From Cercozoa sp. M6MM (lineage: Eukaryota > Protista > Endomyxa: Ascetosporea), in assembly GCA_040357565.1 (NCBI GenBank), contig JBDODJ010000004.1: a stretch of 64,000 nt of DNA; one strand, given 5' to 3'. A model generated the notes under the pieces. It ran no database searches and was not told where the DNA came from. It was given only the letters and a program-made list of their open reading frames with translations. The position numbers were made by a program, and so were the translations under genes. This document shows, in pieces, positions 42,490 through 56,334 of this stretch (position 1 is the first letter of the stretch; every line of letters starts with the position of its first letter).

Positions 42490-44715
42490 ATGAAGCCAGA
42501 GTCTACATGCAACTCCAACTCAAGTACTGGAGGCACTCCGATGCATCCTGAAAGCCCTACCTCAAACGAGCCTGTGGAGCTACCAGGTGTGTCCTCTGGT
42601 GGGCAACCTGCAAACGTCCACATCGAAAATCAGTTGGACATGTTTCATTCGGTGATTCCTCCAGTTCGAAGCAGCGAAATCTCGGTTGAAGCGTCAGGAA
42701 TAATCTCAATGCCACGGCCAATCTCGGCGCTTGCGGTGCATGATGAAGAAACTCATTGGGAACCAAATGTCTTTAATTTGTCGCCGCACCCACAAGACGC
42801 TGTCTTTGGGATGGAAGCAATGCCTCTCGGTCACTTGCCGCTGCCAGGAACGTCCCAAAGCCACCCACAACAAGGCCAGTTCCTTGCGCATGAACGTGCG
42901 CAGTTGCAAGCTCAGGCACAGTACCAGCGCTACCTTCAGCAGCTCGCGTTTCAGCAGCAACAGCTCGCCATGCTCCAGCAGTTGGCCATGGCACGAGCAG
43001 ATTTGATACGTGAGCACCAAGACCGGCTAGAACAAGAAGCCGCGGCCACGGCCATCATCAACCCAGTGGCACAGCGACGTGCCAGCGATTCTTCATTGGC
43101 CCAATCGACTCTGCTAGTTCACGAAACGGATACACGTCCTTCCGTTCAACGTCCGTTCCCCTTCGCCATGAATTTTCCGGCAGCGGACGTTAATTTGGTC
43201 GAAACAGAGAGCTCTTCAGAACAGTTGTTTCTCTCTCCCCTCTCAAACCTCAAGGTCGGAGACAGCGCCTCGCCGGAGCCATCCGCGAAGAAATCGCCCC
43301 CCGTGGCAACATCTGCAGATCAAGCGACAGCGTGTGAGACTCAAAGAAACTCAGATTCCGGCAGGGAGGTTGATGCAACTGAAGCGACTCGAAGCCAGCG
43401 TTCTCTCTTGGCTTCTTCAGGGGCCGGTTGCTACCTTGGCGTCAGTCAAATCATGCCCAAAGGCAGCGAGCTGTGGGCAGCACAGGAGTTTGGCAAGAGC
43501 ATCGTTCGCAAGGTTATGCGACGATATGTCGATGTCGATATTGAGTGGCCGCTCTCTCTAGTGCTTGCTGTAACCAACGTCCGACAAAAGCGACAAGCCA
43601 CCGAGCGCGTAGACCGGCGATTTCAGCAGCTTGGGCGTTTTTTATTCGCTCGAAACAAGCACTCGCACCAAGTGGTTCTCGCGCGCTTTACGTCCCCTGA
43701 AAATCTAGTGCAGTTTCTACGAACTGTGTCGATTGAAGTGCCACAAATGCTTCTTACTATTTTGAAGAAGAAACCATCCTCCACTCCCTCATCCGACAGC
43801 GAAGAGACGGACAAGCAAAGCTCGTGTGATTCGAGCAGTGAAAAGGAACCGAAGAGGAAACCAAGAAAGCCAGTGCCACTAAAGTTGGAGGTGCTTTCTG
43901 CAAAACATATGCCTCGATATGTTACAGGAACTCTCTTTGTGTGAAATAGGAGGGAATCGTTGTAATAGACGATCACTCGATCCCTGTTGAAGGACTTGAA
44001 GTTCCCACAATGAAGCAACGAAAGCGACGCTCAAGCAATCGGCGAAGAAGATCTAAATTTAAAACAAGCGTTGATGTTGCAAACTCTAGCAGCTCGCTCG
44101 TGTCTACGACTACAATGACAGTCGGAGAGAATCCAGCTGCGCAGAGGTCGCAAGGGTACTGATTCAATGCTTAAACTTCAGTTGATGGATGAGCCCGTCC
44201 TCGAGTAAATAACAACGCATCCTTATCTTCCTTTTCGTGCAGAATCACCACCGCAACAACACAACAGCGTCTGCAGGCAGCGTGCGAGGCGCTTAAAAGC
44301 GCAAGCTGTCGAACCGTCCGCGCACAAGGAGCCGAAGGCTCTTTGATTGGAGAAGACATTGCTACTTCCTCAGTACACTTCCTTTTTATGCTACTCCCTC
44401 CAGCAGCTACCACAGATGCAATCAACACAGGATGCTTCATCGTCGCAGCAGTTCCTTCACTCCCTTAACACTTCAGTGACTGGCTCAGACCAGAACTTTC
44501 TGCAGTCGCTCTGCTCTTCAAGCGCACCGATTAACCCCAAGCAAGCCACCACAATCGGCAACCCTCAAGAAAAAAGCGACGACAACGCTGAAGAGAACGG
44601 CGAACCTGCAACAAAGCGCCGGAAACTGTCGATAAATAGAAGCACTGCCACGCTAGCAAAAGCTCTGTCGCTTCTAGTTCAGGCTCCGGCAAGCTCGAGC
44701 GCAACCCCGGGATAA
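42490..44715 (+). CDS. Orphan Q/S-rich protein, possibly a nuclear regulator
   Basis: 484-aa first ORF with a Q-rich tract and basic NLS-like clusters (KRKPRKP, KRRK), plus two further exons. Confidence 0.7.
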
Positions 44716-45261
44716 CATCGAAGGAAGGCGCGTTTTGAACCGATAATCGACACTCACCGCACTGGCAGTGAGTGTTCTGGCAGTGGGAGGTTCATCAAGA
44801 GGTTGTTTGTACCACCGAGTACACGTGGCACACTCTAAGTCGCGAAAGCGCTACCTGATGTTGTCTTTGATAACTCACACTACCAGCGACCGGGTCCCTC
44901 CAGCGACCCAGTACCCCTATTGTAGCATAGGCTGCTTAAATTTACCGTACGATTACAGTATTTACCATACATGGTGTAGTGTAACTTTGAGTGATTCAGT
45001 GAGACGCGTTGGCGTGAGATCGGTGCGTTGGATACCTACGATATGTACAATTTATAATTTACATATGTAAGTTTACGATGCGTACATAGAGAGTTTACCG
45101 TCTAATTCGATTGACGACTCACTCCACAATACAACCCGCATTGCCACTACTGCGACACGCTGGTCACGCACACTTCTTGCGCTGTGTGCATGACATCCGC
45201 CAAAACACACACGGGTGACACTGGATCTCAGCAAAAAGTGCAAACTTCAGGAACACTCGGA

Positions 45262-45466
45262 TATGGCGGGGTTTTTCGAGGCAATCAGAACTAAAGAGAG
45301 GTTAAGGGGGTAAGGGCTAAAAGGGGCAACGGGGGTAAGGGGGCTAAAAGGGGCAACGGGGGTAAGGGGGCTAAAGGGGCAACGGGGGTAAGGGCTAAGG
45401 GGGTTAAGGGTCAAGGGGGTAGATTTTTTTGTGGGGTTCGGTTTTGCCTCGAAAAACCCCGCCATA
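45262..45466. mobile_element. MITE-like element with perfect 23-bp inverted repeats and a G-run tandem core
   Basis: tatggcggggtttttcgaggcaa (45262-45284) and ttgcctcgaaaaaccccgccata (45444-45466). The core is (ggggtaagggctaaaaggggcaacg)-like repeats. Confidence 0.7.
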
Positions 45467-45547
45467 CCACACTTCTCTAACATAAAGTACGGTAACTTCG
45501 GGTCTTGGCGAATTAACTTTCGCTGATGAATGCGTACGTGTCACGTC

Positions 45548-45977
45548 CTAGTACGCGCACTGCTGTTCGTCCTCGGAAACGCCTGCCTCGGCAACATCGG
45601 CGTCCATACGGTGCTCAAGTTCATTCAAGTCGCTGTTCATGTCCAAAGGTGCGTCGGATAGTTCGAGATCCTGTTTGACACAGAGATGACTTTGGTGCTG
45701 TTCTCTAGGCAGAAAATAAGGATGGTGGGACCTTAGGCAGTTCGACACTCTTGGATTTGGATGACAGTTTGGCCTGCTTACAAATGCACGTGCTCGGAAC
45801 AGTCACAGCGAAAACGTAGCAGTACCATTCGCTCTAAATGTTTCCGTCGATTATTCCCTCGAGCTACGAGAGCCACGGGAGCCTCAGCTGCGCGCACACA
45901 TGGACATGGAGTACACACATGGAGTACACATGGAGTACACACACGGAGTACACATGGAGTACACACACACACACACA

Positions 45978-46018
<41 letters not shown>

Positions 46019-46174
46019 AGACACAGACACAGACACAGACACAGACACAGACACAGACACACAGACACAAGGAAGGAATTGTACCTGAGTCTTCCCGGGT
46101 GAAAAGTGCTGAGCGGTAAAAGCGCAACTCTTCGATACTTTCGCGAATGTCGTCGAGTGCCAAGTGACTCTGAG

Positions 46175-46216
<42 letters not shown>

Positions 46217-47201
46217 ACACACACACGCTGAACACAGCGAGTTTAAATGAGGCACAGCATACGTTGCTCTTCGAAGGTGACTGACGCGTCAACAAAGGAA
46301 GCCACCTGTGCACCACAATGGGGGGGGGGTATAGCATTTCAGGACAATGACATAACAAAGTACCTCTTGCCGACGTTGCGAATCGAGCTGACATCGACAA
46401 TCTGATAGTGCAGAAACTCGTTGAGACCAGGCATCTCATTGCGCAGGAACAAACGGTCTTGGTGAATCTTCTCATAGACACACGAGAAGTAACAAAAATA
46501 CGCACAAAAAGGAACAGTGGCACCGAATTGCCGCACAAAGGCGCCCAACCAACAGGTACATGCTGCGCCAGGAAGTCAATGACCTGTCTTTCCACTACGA
46601 GAAACAAAACAAATACGACAAGTGGTACATACACATAGCAACAGCCCTACCTTCTGCTGTGGTCAATTTGCTGGCCTTAATTCGTTCCAACAAGCCGTTT
46701 TTCTACAGCAATCACAAACAAACAAAGATCCCACCATGCAACGTGCTTCGGCAAGAATACAGTACCTTGAAGGTCTTCTGGCACCAGTCGTTCATGTCTT
46801 GAAGCACCTCCTTGGGTTGATGGATGGCGATGCCGTCCAACGAAGCGATAGTGTGCAGGTTGTGGTCAGTTACCACACTGCTCAGTCGAAAGAGGGGGGG
46901 GGGGGTAGAAAATACTGAAAGTCAGAGACGCACGGTACACAGCAATTTCGACGAGTCGATGCCGTTCGGGTTCAAGACCTGTCATTTCACAGTCGATCCA
47001 GACCATGCGCCGTTCGGAATCCTCGGCCCTATACACAGCACTTGTGCTAGTCGAAATGCAACCGAAAGATAAAACATACTTCAACAGAGGCTGCGCCACT
47101 GAATGACCATCCTCCCGCATAGCGCGCACATATGTGAGATTATCTGCCGTACATGCCAGCGCTCGTCGCTGTGCGGACAGTGCTCTCCGAAGAAGAAGCA
47201 T
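45548..47201 (-). CDS. REXO2: Oligoribonuclease (Orn/REXO2) with a predicted mitochondrial presequence and a C-terminal extension
   Basis: MVWIDCEMTGL..HRLVEIA, MNDWC, APLCGNS, DRLFLRNEMP..LHYQIVDVSSI and HLALDDIRESIEELRFYR. The N-terminus is MLLLRRALSAQRR. Confidence 0.93.
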
Positions 47202-47394
47202 CACTGTGCATACAAACAACGCTACAACGTATGCTGAAGATTAATTTTGGGGCCGAGCCCAGCAAGTCCAGTCCGGCTGGTCCAAAAAAACCAGTTTTTC
47301 TATCCCAATTCTCACGCGGGCTTAGATGGTAGCAAATGCGTTCTAATACCGACTCTGTGTTGCTTAGTTATTCATAGTGCGGTTTTCTCTAAAA

Positions 47395-48708
47395 ATGGCA
47401 TCGCGTCGCGGTGATCTGAGGTACTTTAGCCCAAAGTACTGTATCCGGGCCAGGCCTGTGTTGCATTTATAACTACATCGCCGCAACAGCTTCGCCGACC
47501 AAGTGCGCGAACGCATGCGACAGAAAGGCCATGTCTACAGCAGTCGGAAGAAGGTTTGCCACTGTAAAAAATATTGCTGCCGACCATATCGAAAGATACA
47601 TTGGGTGGTGTGACCAGAAGGAACGCTTGACGCTGCAGCGGGGTGAGATGCAGCAAGGCCTGATCTCGCAGCAAGCACGAACTCGTCTGCGTCAACACTC
47701 GGCGCACAGCACGGCGCGCAGTGTGCGACGTGCTCAGCAGCACTTGCCGGTACCTGTGTTTATCCTGTGCTGTCACTTCAACTCTGTTTGTACGTGTGCG
47801 TATTTGATGCAGTTGACTGTGTATTTCTCCCAACCTCCCCGTGCTCGTTCCTCTGGTACGTAAGGCACCAACCAGTCTAGTGCCATTCACTTACATGTGG
47901 TTCTCAGTGATCGACCTGACTGAGACACCTCGGAAACGCCGGCGCTTGATGATCGATCTGAATGATTCGGACGGTAACGCTTGCATTGACGGTGACAATT
48001 ACATTGACAGTGACAATTACATTGACGATGACAATGACGGTGACAGCAACAATGACGGTGACGATGAAAGCAACAATGACGATGATGCTTTCAATAATGC
48101 TGGTGACACCAGCGAGATCTGCAACGAGCCTCCAGAGGTGGCAGTCGACTACAGCGAGATGCCACCGCTGGAGCAAGTGCTGCCACCGCACACTCAGGTT
48201 GCACTGGTACTCCCTTCCTCCTTCCCCTTTACCTTCCTCCCCTCCTCCTTCCCCTTTACCTTCCTCCCTTCCTCCCTTCCTCCCTTCCTCCCTTCCTCCC
48301 TTCTTCCTCCCTTCCTCCCTTCCTCCCTTCCTCCCTTCCTACCATTCCTACTCTCTTGTATGTATGTGTGCCGATCTTATCTTTGCCCATCAGGCTCACC
48401 TGGACGTGTGTCTGCAACTTTTGCCTAGTCAGGGGCTCCGCGAGTACTTTTCATTCCTAATTTTCGTTGCTAGTGTTGCTGCACATTGGACCACTGCGCA
48501 GTCTCCGGAAGCGAATGGCGAAGCGTGCCGTTGATGATGCTGATGACACCAACATTTACATTCACACAGACACGCACGCGGATATGTACACAGATGTGCA
48601 CACGGATGTGCACACAGACAGCAACAATGACAACACTAGCGATGTGAATTTTCCGAACGACGGCGTTGTTTTGCACTTTGACTTGCTCTCTGGTACGTTG
48701 TTTATTGT

Positions 48709-48760
<52 letters not shown>

Positions 48761-48770
48761 NNNNNNNNNN

Positions 48771-48818
<48 letters not shown>

Positions 48819-49900
48819 GACGGAACCATCTTTATATTCACTGCAGACAGTGCGAAGGAAGTAGAGGAAAGCATCACCTGTGGCAGTGCTTCTTTGGTAC
48901 AATCTTACACAACTCTGTTATTCCATATGGATTTAGTTGTTTTCTTGTAGGAAGGCACGCCAGCAATCGCCTTTCGATGTTCCTTGGTACTTTTGGCAGA
49001 ACGTACTCGAAGTTTAAACATAGCAATAGTGAACGCAGGCAACTGCTGTGGCACTTCACTACTGCGACAACCAGGAGGATGCGAGAAATGTGCTGAAACT
49101 GCTGCACGAGGCCTTGGTCTCGTTGGACAAGCTGCGTCCTTTCAGTACTTTTGTCCCAGCTCTCACCGCGTTTCTTCATGCCCGATCTATTGTGCAGAAG
49201 CAGATAAACTCGAAGTTCTTTCCGCTGTGCGAATTTTAACTGCTTGTTCTGGTACCGCCTGCTGTGCTCCATTCAAAATTTCGTGTTGTATGCCTGTGTT
49301 TTGCTGAGCAACAGTACTGGTGGCAATGGCGATCCCCGTGACAGAAGAAGACAACGTTTATGCCTGCTTGTTAATCGTGATGCGAGCTTCCAGAATGTAA
49401 TCGAACCCTTCAGTTCACTCTTCTTCTGAGCAAAGAAGTACCGTGTGTTGTGGATGGCAGGTGCGATTTCACCGCGTGTGCAACAGTAGTGCGCACAATT
49501 CTAGAGGAACACGAACACAGCGATGTTGAGATTGAATTTCCTTCTGATCATGACGAAGATGACATGAACGTCTCGGACCCCGAAGATTACAGCGAGGATG
49601 ACACTCTCGATCATGCTGCGCACGTGTTGCACATGCGGAGGCTCGTCGCTGTGTTGCTGCCCTCGGTACTGCCGTTGCAAGACAGTGCGTTCGCGCAACG
49701 TTTGAGACACTTCTTGCTGCCGATCGGGTACACATGTACCACCCCTGCATTCTTGTAAATTCTACCTTCTTGGTTACAGTACTCCCCACGAGCACTTGTG
49801 CGCTGAGATTACCGCCAAGGCACGTAACTGGGCTTCCAAGTTCTGACGTGGTGCCCGCACGGGCACAATCGAATTTACATTCCGAGTTCCGATTCACTGT
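47395..49900 (+). pseudogene. Decayed orphan or TE-like spliced gene with D/N-rich tracts
   Basis: ATG at 47395 and GTAC donors, but in-frame stops (e.g. TAA 49237-49239, TGA 49427-49429) and frame switches inside exon-like blocks. Confidence 0.35.
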
Positions 49901-50075
49901 TTGCCACCGACCCACCGGACCGCAACGCAAGTTTCGTTTGGTTAGTATCACATCAAGCGAAGCATCGCATCAGACACTAGCGCAGGCCATACTAATGACC
50001 CCTCAGTTCAGACGAGAAGGACAAGCTAAGTTGAGTCGGACGCATCATCACCGGCGTCTCGCTGCATCTGCTGAG

Positions 50076-52190
50076 TCATGCGCTGCTGTCGCTGCGAGTG
50101 CCAGTCATGCAGACGGTCACGCCAAGTGTGCACTTGCTGTGGACACACACATACATCTTAATGAGTCCAAGGAGCACACGGAAGATTGAGAAAACGTCGG
50201 GTGCACGTACCTCAGAAACTTCAGGAGGCACGTATTTCGAAACGGCACCACGCACAGTGCTGTTGAGTCGGTGCAAGATTTCAGAGTTTCCAACAGCGTT
50301 GTCACTCGTGGTATCATTGCTGCTGTTGTCAGAGTCAGAGTCGGTGGCAGTTTCATCCTTGGCCGACACGAGCGAGCGCTCGAGGAAGACGTGACCCTGA
50401 CTGATCTGCTGCTCGAAGCTCTGCCACAACTCCCTCTGCAGGCGTGCTGCGTATGCAGACACACAAGCACAACACAACAACACGCGGGTACTACTCCACA
50501 GGTTGTGCCAAAAGAAAAGCGAGATTACCGTATTGAATGCGAGTGATCGGGTCTTTTAGCGGGGTGGGATCGTTGTAAAACGACGACGGGAGTGCCTGCA
50601 ACAATCAAAGAGTCTTCTTCTTACCCCTCCCCCCACCCTCGTTTACAAACGTATCAGGGTACAGTAAGCAGATAGTGCTCTGGCTGGAACGAAGCATCGC
50701 GCAGTCGCACGTGCGGATCCACCTGCAGCAACTCGTCACTCGGCAACGGCGGGCACATCTATACATATGCACTGATAGACTGCCACAGGGGGGGGTTAGG
50801 CAACCAATAAGCAAGGGTACCTGCAGGTGCATTCGCGGGTCAGCAACGACCGAAGGGACGTTGTTGCTCTTGTCGTACACTTGGTCCGTCTGTACGGTAC
50901 ACAACAGACATAGACACGAACATGAGGACACGGACACAGGGTCATGATTACAGTCGAAAACGGCGGCGGCAGCCGGCCGAAACGACGCCAGAAGGCGCGC
51001 TCGTACTGCGTCGCCTGGGTCAAGTCGCTGGATTCGCCGTCTGCCGGAGCAGTGGCAGCCCACGTGCGCATCCGCGCGGTCACCTTATCATCGGCCGCGC
51101 GGAAGGCATCGTCAATCATCGGGTTTCGCATGAAGAAGCTGCCCTTGGATCGGTATTTGTCCAGACTGTGCCGAAGAAAGCAACAAATAAACAAATCTAT
51201 ATATACCTGGTTAAAGGGAACTCACAGGTAAGACCAGTCGTGCAGCGGGTCGCGGTACTCGCGTTGCAGCAGCGTGTCCAACGTGAGTCGCCATTGTTGC
51301 ATGAAGAAGTGCATCGGTTGCTACACACAGTCCACAAAGAGAGTCAAGTCACTGCACAACCGACACACAACAAACGCAAGCTAATCGTGATTGATACCGA
51401 ACGCGCCCACTGCAACTGACGCGGCGTCATTGCAGTTTTACCGAGCTCAGCTGGCCGCGGCTGGTTCTCTCTGTCGCTGTTGTTGTTATTGTTGTCATCG
51501 TAGCGAAACTGCGCCGGCGGCCTGTCACGCGGACGCCACACCGACAGGCCCGGAGGACGCATCGCGGCCTTCATGCGATTCTGCACACCAAGTGATATAA
51601 AGAACTGACACACACAGACACAGACACAGACACAGACACAGACACAGACACAGACACAGACACAGACACAGACACAGACATACACACACAACAAAGAGCA
51701 AAACATACTCGCCGACGGTGCATGCGAGCGAGACGGCACATGGGTTCCCAATCGTTGTTCGCAATCTTCTCTGAGAAGAATCGACATTAAGCGAAATATC
51801 CGCAAAAAAGACACGAGTCGGATGACACCTTTGCCAAAGAGTCGGATCACACCGGATCCACCAGCACGCGAGCGAAGACAGTCGGTGAACTCAAGCACAC
51901 CCCAGGGACAGTCGGTTGTCGTACCGCTTGCCCAACTGCAGACAAGGCGGGGACTTCATGAGTTACATTCGAACACGCACTAACATATCTGTGCATCTTA
52001 CATGTACTTCGCGGTCCCAAAACTGCTGTGACAAGCTCGGTACATTCCGTAAGCAACGTCGCACCGCGCATCCTCGGGATCTGTATTCGACAATGTGAAT
52101 GCAGCGGGCATGGATCCTGAAAAATATATGCTGTGCGCATACTCAGAGTAGGCGCCCAATCATGAGCGCTGTAGTGAGTACTCATGCCCA
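50076..52190 (-). CDS. Orphan multi-exon protein
   Basis: Exon chain including MHFFMQQWRLTLDTLLQREYRDPLHDW and YRSKGSFFMRNPMIDDAF..., with GT-AG introns. Both ends are uncertain. Confidence 0.55.
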
Positions 52191-52609
52191 CGCGTGCACT
52201 GATGGCCTACTACTGTATAAATCGCAACCCCTGAACAGTTCAAGTGAACTTGAGAAACTGTGTTGCCGTACATGTACAGTACAAATGGACTCGTGCGTTT
52301 GTTTAACCGTGCGCTCACGAGAAAGCAACTGTGTGCTCGGCACCCCCGTCGTTTTCACGCAGGTGAGTGATGTAAATACATGAGGCGGTGTGGCATGCTG
52401 GCTTACCGTGATTGCACGGCTCGATAAATTTGCTGTTGCGACCTGGAGAGTCTCGCGCTTGCCCTTGTGCTCACAGGCACACCTGTGCACGTTGTGGCCA
52501 AGCAGTCCTCCCGTGCTCTTGTGTTTTGTGTTTGGCGCTGATGGTGATCATCCGGTGTTGTCATTGTTATCATTGTTGTTGCGTTATTGCATTGCAGACA
52601 CTGTTCGAG

Positions 52610-53354
52610 ATGAACAAGGTGGTGTCTTTCAGCAAGTCGCTTTGCGCCAAAGCGTGCCTGGCCGCGCAGCCTGTCGTCAAGGCCGTACGTTTTTTGAGTC
52701 ACAACAGAAAGACTCGGGGTGGTTGTTGCACAGAGTGTGTGACCTTAGGGCAAGTTCGTCTACTCGGCCATCCCGTCGCCGTCGCAGGTCGCCGCTGACG
52801 TCGGCATCATCATTTCGGGCTCGCGACAGTACCCGCACCGCGCGCTCGGCCTCGCGGTGGTCGGCACGCTCATGTGGGCGCAGTTCTTCCGCACTGGCAC
52901 GACGGACGAGCCCATGGACGTGTCGGAAGCTCAGAGTACCCTCACTCTCTTTGTTCAGTTTTGTTGGTGGGTTGTCTGCCCTCGAGGGACGTACATCGCT
53001 TTGTACGTGCAGTCCGCGCCATGATGCCTGAGGGCTACCCGGAGGACATCCTGCCGATGCACCCTTACTTCTTCGCGCTCTACGCCAAGAAGCAGAGCAT
53101 GACGGGCGATTACTCGCACACGCGTCAGATTGACTGGAAGGGCCAGAACAAGGTGCGTGTTTCCCTGTTGTGTTTGTTGTTGCACTGGCACGGCTGTGTC
53201 TGTACCACTGTGTCATTGTGTCTTCTGTGGTATCTTCCGATGTGTGCAGGCTGAGAAGGCGCGCTGGGGCCGCACGGCGTTCTACACGCCGATCCAAACG
53301 GGCCACACCGAGCGTCTCGAGGTCCAGCGCAAGGTCAACGACTCGCCCATGTAA
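52610..53354 (+). CDS. Small single-TM protein with strong codon bias, probably highly expressed and possibly mitochondrial
   Basis: Four exons: MNKVVSFSKSLCAKACLAAQ..., ALGLAVVGTLMWAQFF, MMPEGYPEDILPMHPYFF and ...RKVNDSPM*. Codon usage resembles RPL35/RPS3. Confidence 0.7.
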
Positions 53355-53499
53355 TTTTTTGCAGTTAAGTCCAGCATTCCGCCAAAATTCGAACGCTGTT
53401 GCGACTTCGTCCGGTGCCCTGTTGCACGGCGGTCCCTGCTACGACACTACAAGCAGTCTGGATGTTCTTTTCTTGCTTTCTAAAACGAATCCGCGTACA

Positions 53500-54466
53500 T
53501 TCACACATGTCCGTCGCGGGGGGGGTTCTGTACCCCGATAAAGTTAGCGAAACCAAGGAACCGAGCATAGTCGGTCGTTCAATAATGATTCTAAAGCCCA
53601 CCACACCGTCATTCATGCATGACTGCACCGGTACAGTACAAGTATCATTTTGGCAAATTCGAAAGCCATGCACTAGCACTGTTACTGCACAGTACAGTAC
53701 TGCTGACTATCGACTGGATGATCAATTCATCTCTGAGCCCAAACGTAGTAGTCGGAGCATGGTCTGCCTGTACATCAGAGCCGATTTGCACAGTAACAAC
53801 AAGCTGTGCGGGTACCCTCAGTGTTGTGCTCTGGTCTGGCAGCTGTGCAATAAACGCAAAATGGACGACACTATGGATAAGAAGAAGCTGGTAATCTAGT
53901 TGTAGGTCTTGAGCGAATTTCCGTGCCTTGTCCTCGTCGGACTCTAGCAAGCTGCACTTGTTGTTCCCCACACTGCATGCATGTACCCGCGCCGTGCTCG
54001 GCATTTTTGTTTGGCCTGGGTTTTTTTTCGCGACTTTGCAATTTGTTTTTGTTTTTGGAGCGATCGGATAGTCGGTGATGATCTGCCACACATTGTATGT
54101 GTGCGTGTGTGCTGCAGATCAACGAAGCCTGCCTTCGTGAGTACTGCCTCAAGCAGTTCTTCATGTTCAAGGCGTGCGAAAAGCGTGTTCTTGAGGTATC
54201 AGATCCAGCTTTCCTGTGGCTTTGTGTCCAGATGTCAGCGTTGTGTACCGAGGCTGTCCTTACATAGGCCACGGAGCCGGTTGATGGCGACTGCGGTCCT
54301 TGGCTTAACGACCTGGTCGAGTGCGTCGACAAGCACGTACGTTATCCCGACCAACCTGTTTGAGGCTTGATTTAACCAGCGTGCGCTTTGTTCTTTGGAC
54401 AGTCTGCCGGTCAGGTGATGGCTGCAATGGACTGGAAGCTTCCGGCTGAGGAGTAACTCTCGTCAT
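53500..54466 (-). CDS. Hypothetical protein
   Basis: ATG at 54466 and exon-like helical pieces (LFARLEHEELLEAVL, LLESDEDKARKFAQDLQLDYQ). The 3' end is uncertain. Confidence 0.4.
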
Positions 54467-54705
54467 GCCGACTCGCTCCCTCGCTTCGCCTCGCCTTTCG
54501 TTTCGTTTTTCATACTAATCATAAAACTGAGAACAACCTACTTAATACTTAACGAGAAGCCAAGACACTGCCATTTTCGATTTTCCCGTCAGCAGCCCGC
54601 TTAAGTCGAGTCGGGTAAGTGCTCCATACGATACCAGAATTCGGGTAAGTTCTCCACCAGCCCCACCGACTCGCGTCACGTCAAGTAAGTTCCGCCTGGC
54701 AGTTG

Positions 54706-56334
54706 TTAATCATCGTCATTCATCTCTTCGGAATTCTCGCCGTTCTCGTTTTCCTCCGGTTCAGGTTCAGGCTCGGGAGTGGGTGGCCGAGGGTCCAGCT
54801 GGAAGTGTCGTGTAGTCAATGGTATTAAATTGGTTGAAGAAAAGCAAATGTACCTGTTCAAGGAACAAACTCTTTCGAATCAACTGCGGTTCGGTGGCCA
54901 CAGCTTCTGCTTTGTCCTCGTCGTTGTCTTGTCGGACCTCTGGCTCGACTTCTTCTTCAACAGCATCGTTGAAGCATTGTTGCATTGTGTACTCTGGGTG
55001 AGGGTACTGCTCCCTAGCGCTCCACCTGTACAGTCACGAATTTAAGACTCCTGATAATTGGAAATGTCATGTGTTGCGACATACTTGAGACCGTTGCCGT
55101 CGTAGAAATGGACGACACGGCCTGCTTTCGCAACCACCGTAACTCCAACCCATGTGTTGCTACGTAAGATAGCGACAGAGTTTGGCAGCGGCCGATTCTT
55201 GAATCTAGGCTGCGCGTCGAAGGTCCACACTGAAGAAAGCCCGTCAAAAGTATCTTCCTCGAGGTTCGTGAGTAGAGGTTTGGGCTCTTCGAGTTCTTCC
55301 TCAGTCGGTTCGTGTTCTTGTTCGTCAGTTTTGTCTCCATCCTCTTCCTCTTCGGCTTCAGGTTTCTCATACTTCACCAAGCGGCCCTGCAGCAGCATGT
55401 TTCGTGTCTTGTGCACCCATTTGTCCGGCGAACACAGTTCCGCTGCTAGCGGAAACTCCCAGTTTTCTGTCGGCTGCAGGTTTTCGCTCTCTGCTTCTTC
55501 GTCTTGTGTCACCTCAAACTGTCCGGCTGGAGCAACAGTCGTAGAGGCACTCAGACGTGCAAGTTGTGCGCGAAGATACACCTTTTCGGACCAAGGGAAT
55601 CGAGGGTAGCTGCCGAGCTCTGCTTCCAGGTCACCAGTAAATCGAACGCGAATTTTACGTGCCAGCTTGATTTGCTCGGGAGATACATCAGGCAAACGAG
55701 TCCATGCGTCCCCTCGCAGGTTACTGGTGACGAAAAAAACGTCTTCATTTGCACCGACACCTGAAGCTTCAGCTTTGCAGCTCAACAGTTCGTCTGCCTC
55801 AGGGTATTCTGTCAGTTTTGCCTGAGCAACCCAATAGTCGCTGCGCAAACCCTGCACGCGACCAAAAAGTCGAACTTCGGCAAGGTTGTCGGTATCTCGG
55901 GCAAGGCGCTCGAGAGAGAGGTACGCCGCAAAAGACTCGCGTTCGCTCATCTGAATGCCAGCCCAACGTAAGAGCGAGTGCTCTTCAAGACAGTCTGCGA
56001 TGTTTGACGTGATTTCGCTCTCAGCGTCTTCCTTTTCCAAGTTGTCTTCCTCCTCAGTGGCATCAACGACTTCTTGACGAAACAGCGCCTGCTCAGCCGA
56101 TATCTGTTTCAGAGCGAACGCGTTGTCCATTGGCGCTTCAGGTAGCTCGTCAAATGCCGAGCTGAGCAGTTTTTCATCGCGTTGCTTTACTGCAACTGAA
56201 AAGTTCTCAAAGTCTTGAAGCGACACTGGTTCAACTTGCTTGTTCAGAGCAGCGACCAGAGAGACCAAGTGACTATAGACACTCTGCCCGCCGTCGGACA
56301 CAGTTTGCAGCTTCTGCTTGATTGATTCGGCCAT
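54706..56334 (-). CDS. Flagellar radial spoke head protein RSP4/6 family (3 exons)
   Basis: SVYSHL, VRLFGRVQGLRSDYWVAQ, EASGVGANE, WTRLPDVSPEQIKLARKI..FTGDL, FPWSEKVYLRAQLARLS and LRSNTWVG..FYDGNGLK. Two introns extend it to an acidic tail ending at 54706. Confidence 0.95.

Noticed and set aside
49237-49429. In-frame TAA/TGA as a hint of stop-codon reassignment
   Set aside because: Conserved genes end cleanly in TAA, TAG or TGA and have no internal stops once introns are removed, so decay is the simpler explanation.
54610-54695. Repeated cgggtaagt(g/t)ctcca, whose reverse complement resembles the U1 snRNA 5' end (ACTTACC)
   Set aside because: No U1 stem-loops or Sm site follow; it is only a short direct repeat.
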